Below, piece by piece: positions 1 through 9,591 of a stretch of 64,000 nucleotides of DNA; position 1 is the stretch's first letter, and every line of letters begins with the position of its first letter. The stretch spans positions 1 through 64,000 of IMG/VR virus record IMGVR_UViG_3300017917_004390; one strand, 5' to 3'. The notes beneath the pieces are model-generated. The model ran no database searches, was not told where the DNA came from, and worked only from the letters and a program-made list of their open reading frames with translations. Source of the DNA: a virus. The translations under genes and the position numbers were made by a program.

Positions 1-12
1 AGTTTCATAATT

Positions 13-900
13 TTAAAGGTTGTATTTGATTTTATAGTATTGATGTAATGAATTTATTTGTTCTTCTGTTAATGCAGTTCTATATGATGCACAATATTCG
101 AGTAATTCCATATTGGTTTCTGACCTTACAGAGAATGATGTACCATCATAACCATTAGTAACAAATCTACCACCATTACTTGCGATTGAACCAACAATAG
201 GGTAGATATTAGTTATTGTTAATGCTGTAATGAATTGGTTATTAATATTAAGATAAAGATTATTATTAGAATCAACAGTAAAAGTATAGAACATATATCT
301 TTCACTAACTCTTTTAGGTGCATTACCAAAATCAATTGTTTGACTTGGATTAATTAATCTAAAACTATATTGGTTATCTGTTGTTGGTCTAACAAAAAAT
401 GGTACTAATTTATTACTTCTTAATCCACCAACTATATGTCCATTTGTATTATTTGTGTTTCCAAGTCTTATTACACCACTTTGGGTATATGCACTAATAA
501 CTTCTGACGATGTTGTTGTTGCTGAAACAGATTGTAAACTACCAAATTGAGCATTTACAGCACCACCTGTATAACTAAATATTGCACTATTTTTATTACT
601 ATTAACTGAGTTTCTTGAATAACTTAATACTGATTGTGTTGTACCTGTTGTTCCTGATGGTATTAATGATGTAAGATTATAATTACTATCATTACCTTTA
701 TTTAGTACACCTCTAATTATTTCTCCAGTATTTATAACATTTGTAGTAAATCCAGTATCAGAAAATAAACTTCTTGTATCATTAAAATCATACCAAATCC
801 ACAAATCATTTCCAAATATTTGTTGTGGATTTAAAATAATATTTGGAAATCCAGTATTTGTGGTATTTCTTGCGAAATTATTTGTTAAATCTCTAAGCAT
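13..900 (-). CDS. Virion structural protein, LamG/concanavalin-like beta-sandwich (tail-associated)
   Basis: 295-aa ORF; N-terminal LWIWYDFND and C-terminal 'ELLEY..Y.TALTEEQINSLHQYYKIKY' pattern typical of phage LamG-like domains; last gene of the fibre operon. Confidence 0.55.
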   Translation of the reverse strand: MLRDLTNNFARNTTNTGFPNIILNPQQIFGNDLWIWYDFNDTRSLFSDTGFTTNVINTGEIIRGVLNKGNDSNYNLTSLIPSGTTGTTQSVLSYSRNSVNSNKNSAIFSYTGGAVNAQFGSLQSVSATTTSSEVISAYTQSGVIRLGNTNNTNGHIVGGLRSNKLVPFFVRPTTDNQYSFRLINPSQTIDFGNAPKRVSERYMFYTFTVDSNNNLYLNINNQFITALTITNIYPIVGSIASNGGRFVTNGYDGTSFSVRSETNMELLEYCASYRTALTEEQINSLHQYYKIKYNL

Positions 901-2597
901 TAATTTAAAAATTCTAAGGTTGATTCATTTATTTCTAATAAATTATTCACATCAGCAACACTCCATTGTGCTGTTATATTAAATACTTTATCTGTTGTTG
1001 TGTCCAATGTTATGACACCCTGATTGTATATTCCAAATGTTGATATGCTACCCATATGGAAAGGTGATGAACAATTCAACATTCCACTACCAATTACACT
1101 ACCAGATGCACCTTGACTTCTAATAGTAAATGTAGTATCAATATCAAAAACATTTGGAAGGTTAACATTATTTGTTAATGTAATAGCTGATGTACTTGCA
1201 ATAACCGAACTTCCAAGATAAACCCTAATAGTTAAAGTTCCAGCAGCAGTATTTCTTGTAGTAATCTGACCTTTAGCTGTAAATCTAAACTTTTTACCTG
1301 ATACTAATTGAGGTTGTGTTATGTGTGTTGACGCATTTATTGTTGTTGTACCAATAATTGTAGTTAACCCTGTTGGTAATAATGTTAATTCAGATGTTGA
1401 ATTTGAAACTGTTATTGATGTGATAGAATTAAATATACCAAAATTAACTATATTTTGATTTGCTGATATAGTTCCACCACTATCAACTTGCATTACTCGG
1501 TTATTAGATGCACCCGATAAAGCTGTATTATTATGTATAAATAAAAAATCAGTTGTTTGAGTATTTTTTCTAAATTTAAGACTATCACCTGATGTATTAT
1601 ACCAAATCATACCATTAGCTAAAGTTGATGGTGTTGTTGACCCTTGCGTTAATAATATTTGAGCTAAACTACTACTAGCCGCTGGTAAAGTTAAACGACT
1701 ATTTGTGGCAGCAGCAATACCAATACCTAAACTACCAACACCATTATCTACTTGTAATGATAGACTATTAATTTGATTACCTGATGAATCACTTACATAA
1801 ACTCTATTTGGTGTTCTAGCTAACGGTCTAATTATAATAAGATTACCAGAAGTAGTAACTTCAGTACCGGATTGACCCGTAAAAGTCCTAAAAGTTAATT
1901 CTACTGTACTAGCACTAATATAATTAGTTGAACCACCACCCGTTGATGTTGCGCCAGTTATACCTCCGCCTGAACCGCCTGATGCTGTTGATGTAATTAA
2001 TATTATTCCATTAGAATTTTCAGTTATAGTTATGTTAGTTCCAGCGGAAATAGTTTTAAAAAATAAATTATTACCTGAAATACCTGAATAAACACTAACA
2101 CCACCCCCAAAATTAGTTGCACCAGTTAATGCCCCACCTGAACCGCCTGATGCTGTTGATGTAATTAATAATGTTCCATCAATACTTTCGGTTATAATTA
2201 TGTTAGTTCCAGCAGATATGCTTTTTTGTACTAAATTACCGTTAGTAAATGAACTTAATGTTAAAATATTACCAGTACCAGATGATGTTAATGAAATACT
2301 TAAAGGTGTTGATGTTGTCGCACTGAATAATATTAAACCCGGTGCGGTACTTGCTGTGTATATTAATAATGACGAAGGTGTTACACTACTAAATGTTCTA
2401 AAATTTATGTCAGTAGTTGTTGCTGAATTTATTATTGATATACCTCCACCGGTTTGTGTTGTTGATGTTATACCATTAAAAACACCTCCACCGGTTTGTG
2501 TTGTTGATGAAATAAATATGGTTGAACCTGTTTTATATACATTAACATTAGGTCCAGATTGTATTAAACCGTATATTTGATTACTAGATATTGGCAT
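900..2597 (-). CDS. Tail fibre-like protein, G/S/T-rich with internal ~56-aa repeats
   Basis: 565 aa; repeated 'K(S/T)ISAGTNI.ITE...G..LITSTASGGSGG.(L/I)TGAT' units; 'NGMIWYN' motif; translationally coupled to neighbours. Confidence 0.65.
   Translation of the reverse strand: MPISSNQIYGLIQSGPNVNVYKTGSTIFISSTTQTGGGVFNGITSTTQTGGGISIINSATTTDINFRTFSSVTPSSLLIYTASTAPGLILFSATTSTPLSISLTSSGTGNILTLSSFTNGNLVQKSISAGTNIIITESIDGTLLITSTASGGSGGALTGATNFGGGVSVYSGISGNNLFFKTISAGTNITITENSNGIILITSTASGGSGGGITGATSTGGGSTNYISASTVELTFRTFTGQSGTEVTTSGNLIIIRPLARTPNRVYVSDSSGNQINSLSLQVDNGVGSLGIGIAAATNSRLTLPAASSSLAQILLTQGSTTPSTLANGMIWYNTSGDSLKFRKNTQTTDFLFIHNNTALSGASNNRVMQVDSGGTISANQNIVNFGIFNSITSITVSNSTSELTLLPTGLTTIIGTTTINASTHITQPQLVSGKKFRFTAKGQITTRNTAAGTLTIRVYLGSSVIASTSAITLTNNVNLPNVFDIDTTFTIRSQGASGSVIGSGMLNCSSPFHMGSISTFGIYNQGVITLDTTTDKVFNITAQWSVADVNNLLEINESTLEFLN
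1969..2170. repeat. 34-bp exact direct repeat (1969-2002, 2137-2170) within the fibre gene, period 168 bp
   Basis: cctgaaccgcctgatgctgttgatgtaattaata occurs twice, marking a recent 56-codon module duplication. Confidence 0.85.
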
Positions 2598-2599
2598 AT

Positions 2600-5500
2600 T
2601 TATATATAGTTATTAATATTTATTTGATAATAAACTGAACCTACTCTTTTAAAAGTGATTGAGTCATTTGTACTACCATTAATAATAGCATCTAATCCAC
2701 CTTCTGTCTTTATTGTTGAACTATTTTTAAAAGTTACTGTATACGAACCATTAACGGTAAAAGTAATGTTTGGTTGATAAGTATATGTATTTGTTATTGT
2801 TGTGGCGGTCCTATTAGCTGATGATGTATCTAATAAAACTTCAGATGAAAAAAATTTATCAGAATCAGATAATGTTATTGTATCCGACACTAAATTTATT
2901 GTTGATTGTTTATCAGTATTTTTATTGAAAATACTGATACTATTCATACTCAAACTTTGATTTTCTATACTAAATGTAGAATCGTTTATATTTGAGTTAT
3001 AAACATTTATACTTGAAAACCCAATACTATCAAAAATAAAATTTGAAAGCTTAAAAAATGTATTCCCGTATAATCTCGCATCTGAACCAACATTTATAAT
3101 ATTTACTTGACCAGCTGTACTATGTATTATATTTTGATGAATATATTCTAAAGCAAAATTAAATGTATTTATATTATCAACACCAAAACTATGAACTTCA
3201 TTCATTTTTTCGTCTGACATATAATATATTGTATCATTAGTTAATGAATATTTAATTTTAAATAATTTATTTAAATAACCATTATTTGTTGTATAACTTT
3301 TAGGTAGTTCAGTACAATTGGCTAAAATATCACTTTCCGTATTAAGTGTAAATGTTGTTGTAACTCCATAATGTCTATTATTAAATATAATAATATTACC
3401 GGAACTATATGAATTACCAATTAATGGTGGTATTGCTGGTGAACTAAATGCTGCATCACTATAATCACCCACAGCATTATAATCAGCTAAAAATCCAAGT
3501 AAATAACAGTCGTATGATAATTCGTATGTTGATACCGCAAATGTTAAAATATCACCGTAAGTATTATTACCTGTATCACTTCTGTTTATAATTTTATACC
3601 ATTTACCAATTTTATATGTTGGTGTTTTTGAATTAAAAATATTTATAGCTTCTGATTGGTCTATTGTTTCATAATATGAAGTATCGGATGATATACCTAT
3701 TAAATTATCTTTATAAAAAATTGATGTACCATTATATCCTGATAAAGAATATAATTTCAGTTCTGTTGATGTTACAGATGATATTAATTTAACCCCATCA
3801 CCAACTGTTGTTGCGGTTGTAATACCACTAGAACCAATTACTGGTGCAGTTTGTGTTGTTGAACTAAATAATACTAAATTAGGTGCTGTCGAAGATGTAT
3901 AAATTAATAAATTAGGTGTTGTACTACTAAAAGTTTTAATACTTAAATCATGTGTTGTTGCACTATTAACAATACCTATACCACCACCGACTTGCGTTGT
4001 TGATGTTATACCACTAATATAAGTTCCTGTGATTGGTGATGAGGTTGAAGATGAAAAATAAATAACACCATTGTTTTCCCAAACACTAACGGAAGGTGTA
4101 CCAGAAAGTGTTTTCAATATTAAATTACTATCCGTAGCTGATGAAAATATACCTATACCATCACCAGTATTAATAGCACCTGTTATACCACTTAAACCAC
4201 CTGATGATGATAATAAATCTAAAGTACTACCACCTTTTCTAAAATATAAATTTGTACCATTATACCATAAGTCCCCATCAATAGGTGAACTTACATTTGT
4301 TCCAGCGGAAAAATTTATATGTGGTCTATTATTTTGCGATTGACCTATATCTAACCAAGAACCTCTTGTTGTTGATGATAATGTTAAACCACTACCCAAT
4401 ATTAATGTATTTCCAATAAAGGCTCTATCAGATTCAGCAAATATAGACCAAGGCCGATTTGTAAATGTTGTTTTACTATTACCACTGAAGAATGTATTAT
4501 TTAAAATATCTTTTGAGATGATACTATTATCTTTACCTGCAATATATATACCAGCAGCATTTCTAACTACAGGACCATTTAATGTTGATGATGATAAAAT
4601 GCAAACTTTATCAATATATAAATCAATTAAATTATCAATAGTATTTTGTACTAGTAATGAACTTACCGTCCTATAATAAGTATTAATTAAATCTCTATAA
4701 ACAGTGTTTACAGCATTTGATGTTAAATTAATATCTTTAAGATTACCTATAATATCCGAATTTTTGGTATTTTGGGTATCAAAACCTGTGATAGTATAAT
4801 TATCATAAGTACCTACAATTCTATGATTATTTGATGAAGGGGGTGTATTAGAAGCAGCTAAAAGTACTCTATATTTATTGAAATTTAAAATTAAATTATT
4901 ACTTTCAATTAATGGATTTAAAAAATTATATTCATTTTGTTTTAGAATGGTAAAATTATTACCACTTAATGAACCTAAAACTGGATTTTGTTGTGTTTCA
5001 TACATATACTCTTTAATATATGTTGCACCACTTATTTTTATTGAGGAAGCATTGTTTAATTGGTATAAAGGTTCAACTTTATTTGGTTGATATAAATTAT
5101 ATATATTAGACGCACCTATTGTGTCAAAATTATTATTAGAAATGTTTGTTCGACTACCAATTGTTATACCACTATAAAATTCTTTTTTACCATGTACAAT
5201 CTGATTATCTTGTGTCATTAAGAAATCAGCATTAGATTTAACATCTGGTATAGTATACACTCTATTAGACGTTGCTGAATGAGTACCTACTTTAACAAAT
5301 ATATTATCAACACTATCATGTACTTGTTCACCGGAATTTCTATATAAAGCTAAATTTCTAGTACCACCAGAATTCACTTCTACAGTACCTATAATATTTA
5401 TTAAACCTAAAGATGTTGAAATAGTATTTCTATTTGTTGCTGTTATAGTTCTGAATACTAATTCATTATTATTATAACCTGAATAAACTGGTACCCCACC

Positions 5501-7204
5501 ACCTAGAGATGTACCTGATGTTATAAAATTTGGAGATGATATTACTATAATATCACCTACTTGTGAAACAACAGTTCTGCCATTACCCGAAAAAGTCCTG
5601 AATTCAAAATTATCACTACTAACTTGTTTAAATACAGGTATAGCACCTCCAATATTTGTACCACTATAAGTTATTGATGGTCCACCGCCTGTAGATGCGC
5701 CACCTGATATAAGTAATGTACCACCTGATATTGATAACGAAACACTACCAAGACCTATAACACGTCTACTAACTATTTCTTTGTTTATTACACCTGTAAT
5801 AATATCAAAGCCACCAGTTAAACCTGTTGTTGTTGTACCAGTTATTCTAGTTGTTGAACTGATAAGAATATCGTTAACATTTTGTATCACATTGATATCA
5901 CCATCACCTCTTAAAGTTCTAAATTCAAATAAATCACCTATTCGTCTTTTAAATACAGAAGCAAAACCTCCTATATTAGTGCCTGATAATGCTAATGTAC
6001 TTATGTAAATAACACCATTTGATTCACTTATGTTAACACCTGAATTACCTGATAATGAAAATAATGAAATATTATTAGGTGTGCTACTACTAATCAATGA
6101 TTGACCGTTACCTACAGATGTGGCAGAATAATTAAAATCTGATGTATCTACATTAAACGTTAAAACATTATCTTGTTCACTTATATTAACATTACCACCA
6201 GATATATTTTTAACAAAAATAGTATTACCGCTAACATAAGATAATGAAATACCTGATGTAGCAGAACTTAAACTATCAAAAGTTTCTTTTGATGGTGTAT
6301 ATTTATTATTAATAAATTTTAAAACATTATTAGTTGTTGAACCTGTTAATTCAATCTCAACATTTTTAATAAACAACCTATTAAAAACATTTGTGTTACC
6401 TGAATAGTCAATAGAAAACGCATTTTTTCTATCAGAATTATTATTACCATTACCAACTAAAAAATAAGTATTTGTATTCGGAATATTAAATTGACCTACA
6501 ACAGTTTGACTATTAGCTGATGCTATTGTATCAAGACCTAATGTAGTACTATCTTGACCATATGCTATTGAATTTCTACCCGGTGCAAAAGAAAAAGGTC
6601 CAAAACCTCTTGAATTATAAACAGCTTGTCTTTGAATACCACCAGTTGAACCAGTTGTATATTCAAACACTTGTGTAGTTGAAGAATTACTAATAATTGT
6701 TGAACCAGTTGAACCACTAAAATAACCCGCTGGTATTAATAAAGTTGAAACTAATAATTGACCAGCTGATAATACAGGTACAGATGGTGAAGCCGCTGGT
6801 GAACCTTGTAATACTTGTACAGTTCCACCTGTAGTTATATAAAGCACATCAAACCTTGAATTAGTAGCATTACCGCTACTAACTAAAACATTACCACCTA
6901 AATATGGATATTTAACACCATTTATTTGATATAAACCATTTGCTATGTTATATTGAAGAGCATTTGTAGGTTCAACCGATACGTTCATACCAAATATAAT
7001 TTGGTCTAAACCTGAACCCGCTGGTTGAAATCTAACCTCAGTACCGTCATATATTAAAGCATAACCAACAACTGGATTTGATGTATTAATATTAATATTT
7101 TTAACGGCTATACCTTGCAAAAAAGATGTATATCCAGATAAAATAGCTGTTGTATCTGGATACTGGATTATTTGAGTACTGAAATTAGGTTTAGTATAAT
7201 ACAT
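2600..7204 (-). CDS. Large tail fibre/virion protein with repeated ~50-aa modules
   Basis: 1534 aa; multiple 'TNIGG..VF....FEFRTL.G...I.....I.IS' repeats, 'DGDLWYNG' motif, S/T/G-rich. Confidence 0.65.
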   Translation of the reverse strand: MYYTKPNFSTQIIQYPDTTAILSGYTSFLQGIAVKNININTSNPVVGYALIYDGTEVRFQPAGSGLDQIIFGMNVSVEPTNALQYNIANGLYQINGVKYPYLGGNVLVSSGNATNSRFDVLYITTGGTVQVLQGSPAASPSVPVLSAGQLLVSTLLIPAGYFSGSTGSTIISNSSTTQVFEYTTGSTGGIQRQAVYNSRGFGPFSFAPGRNSIAYGQDSTTLGLDTIASANSQTVVGQFNIPNTNTYFLVGNGNNNSDRKNAFSIDYSGNTNVFNRLFIKNVEIELTGSTTNNVLKFINNKYTPSKETFDSLSSATSGISLSYVSGNTIFVKNISGGNVNISEQDNVLTFNVDTSDFNYSATSVGNGQSLISSSTPNNISLFSLSGNSGVNISESNGVIYISTLALSGTNIGGFASVFKRRIGDLFEFRTLRGDGDINVIQNVNDILISSTTRITGTTTTGLTGGFDIITGVINKEIVSRRVIGLGSVSLSISGGTLLISGGASTGGGPSITYSGTNIGGAIPVFKQVSSDNFEFRTFSGNGRTVVSQVGDIIVISSPNFITSGTSLGGGVPVYSGYNNNELVFRTITATNRNTISTSLGLINIIGTVEVNSGGTRNLALYRNSGEQVHDSVDNIFVKVGTHSATSNRVYTIPDVKSNADFLMTQDNQIVHGKKEFYSGITIGSRTNISNNNFDTIGASNIYNLYQPNKVEPLYQLNNASSIKISGATYIKEYMYETQQNPVLGSLSGNNFTILKQNEYNFLNPLIESNNLILNFNKYRVLLAASNTPPSSNNHRIVGTYDNYTITGFDTQNTKNSDIIGNLKDINLTSNAVNTVYRDLINTYYRTVSSLLVQNTIDNLIDLYIDKVCILSSSTLNGPVVRNAAGIYIAGKDNSIISKDILNNTFFSGNSKTTFTNRPWSIFAESDRAFIGNTLILGSGLTLSSTTRGSWLDIGQSQNNRPHINFSAGTNVSSPIDGDLWYNGTNLYFRKGGSTLDLLSSSGGLSGITGAINTGDGIGIFSSATDSNLILKTLSGTPSVSVWENNGVIYFSSSTSSPITGTYISGITSTTQVGGGIGIVNSATTHDLSIKTFSSTTPNLLIYTSSTAPNLVLFSSTTQTAPVIGSSGITTATTVGDGVKLISSVTSTELKLYSLSGYNGTSIFYKDNLIGISSDTSYYETIDQSEAINIFNSKTPTYKIGKWYKIINRSDTGNNTYGDILTFAVSTYELSYDCYLLGFLADYNAVGDYSDAAFSSPAIPPLIGNSYSSGNIIIFNNRHYGVTTTFTLNTESDILANCTELPKSYTTNNGYLNKLFKIKYSLTNDTIYYMSDEKMNEVHSFGVDNINTFNFALEYIHQNIIHSTAGQVNIINVGSDARLYGNTFFKLSNFIFDSIGFSSINVYNSNINDSTFSIENQSLSMNSISIFNKNTDKQSTINLVSDTITLSDSDKFFSSEVLLDTSSANRTATTITNTYTYQPNITFTVNGSYTVTFKNSSTIKTEGGLDAIINGSTNDSITFKRVGSVYYQININNYI

Positions 7205-7206
7205 CT

Positions 7207-7638
7207 TTAGTCTGTAATAATTATATTTAATTTATTTTTAATCGGTACTATTAAAGTTTTGATTTCATTATTTTCAGTTATATGTATTTTAAATTCTCCA
7301 ATATAACTACCGGGTATTTTTGTTTCATTTTTATTAAAGAAATATCGAATTGAAAAATCTTTAATACTTCTACAAGTATCTTGATTTTCACTTACTTTAT
7401 TAGTATAAGTTTCTAAATTAATATTAATATATTTGTTTAAAATAGTATATGTGTTAGTTTTAATGTTAAGCATACTAAAACTAACCTTCATATTAGGTAA
7501 TAAATCTAATAAAACCTCAAAATTAGTAGTTGGGATTGGTTTGATTTCTAAAAAGGGTAATTCAGACCCTTTTTTAATGGTAAAGTCTGATACACTAAAA
7601 TCTAAATAATTACTTTTGTCAATATAAAAATCAAACAT
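7207..7638 (-). CDS. BppU-like baseplate/fibre attachment protein
   Basis: 'FTIKKGSELPFLEI ... PGSYIGEFKI ... LIVPIKNKLNIII' resembles the BppU N-terminal Ig-like fold; structural context. Confidence 0.45.
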   Translation of the reverse strand: MFDFYIDKSNYLDFSVSDFTIKKGSELPFLEIKPIPTTNFEVLLDLLPNMKVSFSMLNIKTNTYTILNKYININLETYTNKVSENQDTCRSIKDFSIRYFFNKNETKIPGSYIGEFKIHITENNEIKTLIVPIKNKLNIIITD

Positions 7639-7656
7639 TTTTATATTAAATAGTAT

Positions 7657-9546
7657 TTATTTTAATTTACTTAACTCAAAATCTAAAGCCTTTTTATTAT
7701 ATAAAGTTTTAATTTCAATAAAGTTTAAAGGTTTATCATAGATATTTAACATCTGTATTCTACCTATAAATGAGCCGTCAAAATTTTCTGCTATTTTAGA
7801 TTCAAAATTTGGTGTAAATAAATCATAGATTGTTGATGATGTTATACTATAACCAGTAAGTTGTATTTCAACATCAATTGGTACTACAACAGCCTCCTTT
7901 TTATATTTATTAACAGTTACATTATCAATATTAAACCCAAAAGAAGAATTAAAATCAGGTGTTATATTATCTGTTAATAATTCTAAAAAGGCTGTTTGGG
8001 TTCCAGATGTTAAGCCTTGTACTTCAAATTCATAATATAATCTATTCCAAGTGTTAGATGAATATGAATTATTATAATCCAATCTACTTATTGTTAATTT
8101 ATTTTCACTTGGTAAATTGGGTATATCAAAATAAACTCTTTTATCTGAGTTAAAAAATGAATCTCTATCATACAAATACGCTTCAGCTGAATATTTAGTA
8201 TTATTTTCAAAAATAATTGGAGTAGTGAATCTAAGTATATTTCCGTTAGTTGTTATAAATGAAGTACCTGCTGTTGTATTACTTATTTTTAACGATGCAT
8301 TTCCACCATAAAATAATGATATATCCTGTTCTAATACAACATCAATTATATCACTTGTTAAATCATTTATATCCAAATCAAATTGACCCGAATCTCCATC
8401 TAAAAATTGAAACCCATTATCAACTACATATACCGTACCTGCGGTATATGAACTACTAACTATCATCGTTGTTGATGTATATTCATACACACTACCGCCA
8501 GAGGTTAAAGCTGTGAATGTCATAGCACTTTCGACCACAGTTAAACCAGTTATAGTTGTTGCTGATTGTATTTGATAGTTTTTTAAACCTGAACTACCAC
8601 CACCCCAAGAAATAGTATAAGGTAAACCTACTTGATTTTCGGTACTAGTATTTAGGTTTTTATACCAAAATAATTCAGGAAATTCTTTATAATTATAAAA
8701 TAAACTACCATTGATATAAATATTTAAATCCCCATCACGTCTTTTAAAACAATCTATTAAATCATATTTATTAATCTTATCACCGGGTCTATCTTTTATT
8801 TTTTGACATGGGTTATACGACATAACAAAATGTGTCCAACCAGTTTTAATTGAATTGTCGGTTTTAATTTCTACTGTTTGGGCTGATGTTGTTAAATATC
8901 TAATCGAAATGGTTTTATCCTTGTTTAATTTGATACCTATAACGTTATTAGCTATATCATCATACAAATAATTAATATCATAAGTTGATGATGTTATATT
9001 TGTTAAACCTGAATAATAAATATTGTTAGGATTCTCCGCCCTTGCACCGAAATATAAGAAAAATCCATCGGTAAACCCTGTTATATTATCAAATGTATTT
9101 TGGTCAGTATATAACCAAGTTTCAATAGTAAACCCATCTAAATATCTATACGGTAGTAATTCATAATTATAACCATAATACTTAAAATTGGTAGTTAAAT
9201 AGCTTCCAGCTAGATTAAAATATGTATCACCTGAATTTGTAAGTCCACTGGTAATACCTGTTAATAGATATACAGTTTCACCTGAATTATTTTTAGTTCC
9301 TATTTGTTGAAATTTTAAATTTCTATCGGTGATAGATAGTGTTTTATTTTCAGTATAACTACTTGTTAGACCAAAACTGTATAAGTTTTTACCGTAACCA
9401 ATAACATTATCAGATAACAAATCATAACCTCTATAAAAAGTGTTTGATGTGATAGTATATGCCGTATTATTATCGTAGCAGTTAGTGTTACTAAGATTAA
9501 AAGAGGCTATTAAATTTTTATCTGATAAATTAGTACTGAATATCAT
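7657..9546 (-). CDS. Virion structural protein with LamG-like domain
   Basis: 629 aa; 'FTIETW', 'GWTHFVM', 'IYING', 'FIGRIQMLNIYDKPL..EIK.LY' LamG hallmarks. Confidence 0.6.
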   Translation of the reverse strand: MIFSTNLSDKNLIASFNLSNTNCYDNNTAYTITSNTFYRGYDLLSDNVIGYGKNLYSFGLTSSYTENKTLSITDRNLKFQQIGTKNNSGETVYLLTGITSGLTNSGDTYFNLAGSYLTTNFKYYGYNYELLPYRYLDGFTIETWLYTDQNTFDNITGFTDGFFLYFGARAENPNNIYYSGLTNITSSTYDINYLYDDIANNVIGIKLNKDKTISIRYLTTSAQTVEIKTDNSIKTGWTHFVMSYNPCQKIKDRPGDKINKYDLIDCFKRRDGDLNIYINGSLFYNYKEFPELFWYKNLNTSTENQVGLPYTISWGGGSSGLKNYQIQSATTITGLTVVESAMTFTALTSGGSVYEYTSTTMIVSSSYTAGTVYVVDNGFQFLDGDSGQFDLDINDLTSDIIDVVLEQDISLFYGGNASLKISNTTAGTSFITTNGNILRFTTPIIFENNTKYSAEAYLYDRDSFFNSDKRVYFDIPNLPSENKLTISRLDYNNSYSSNTWNRLYYEFEVQGLTSGTQTAFLELLTDNITPDFNSSFGFNIDNVTVNKYKKEAVVVPIDVEIQLTGYSITSSTIYDLFTPNFESKIAENFDGSFIGRIQMLNIYDKPLNFIEIKTLYNKKALDFELSKLK

Positions 9547-9591
9547 GTTTTCTAATAAATAGAATTTTTTAGATATTCAGTACTAAGTATT

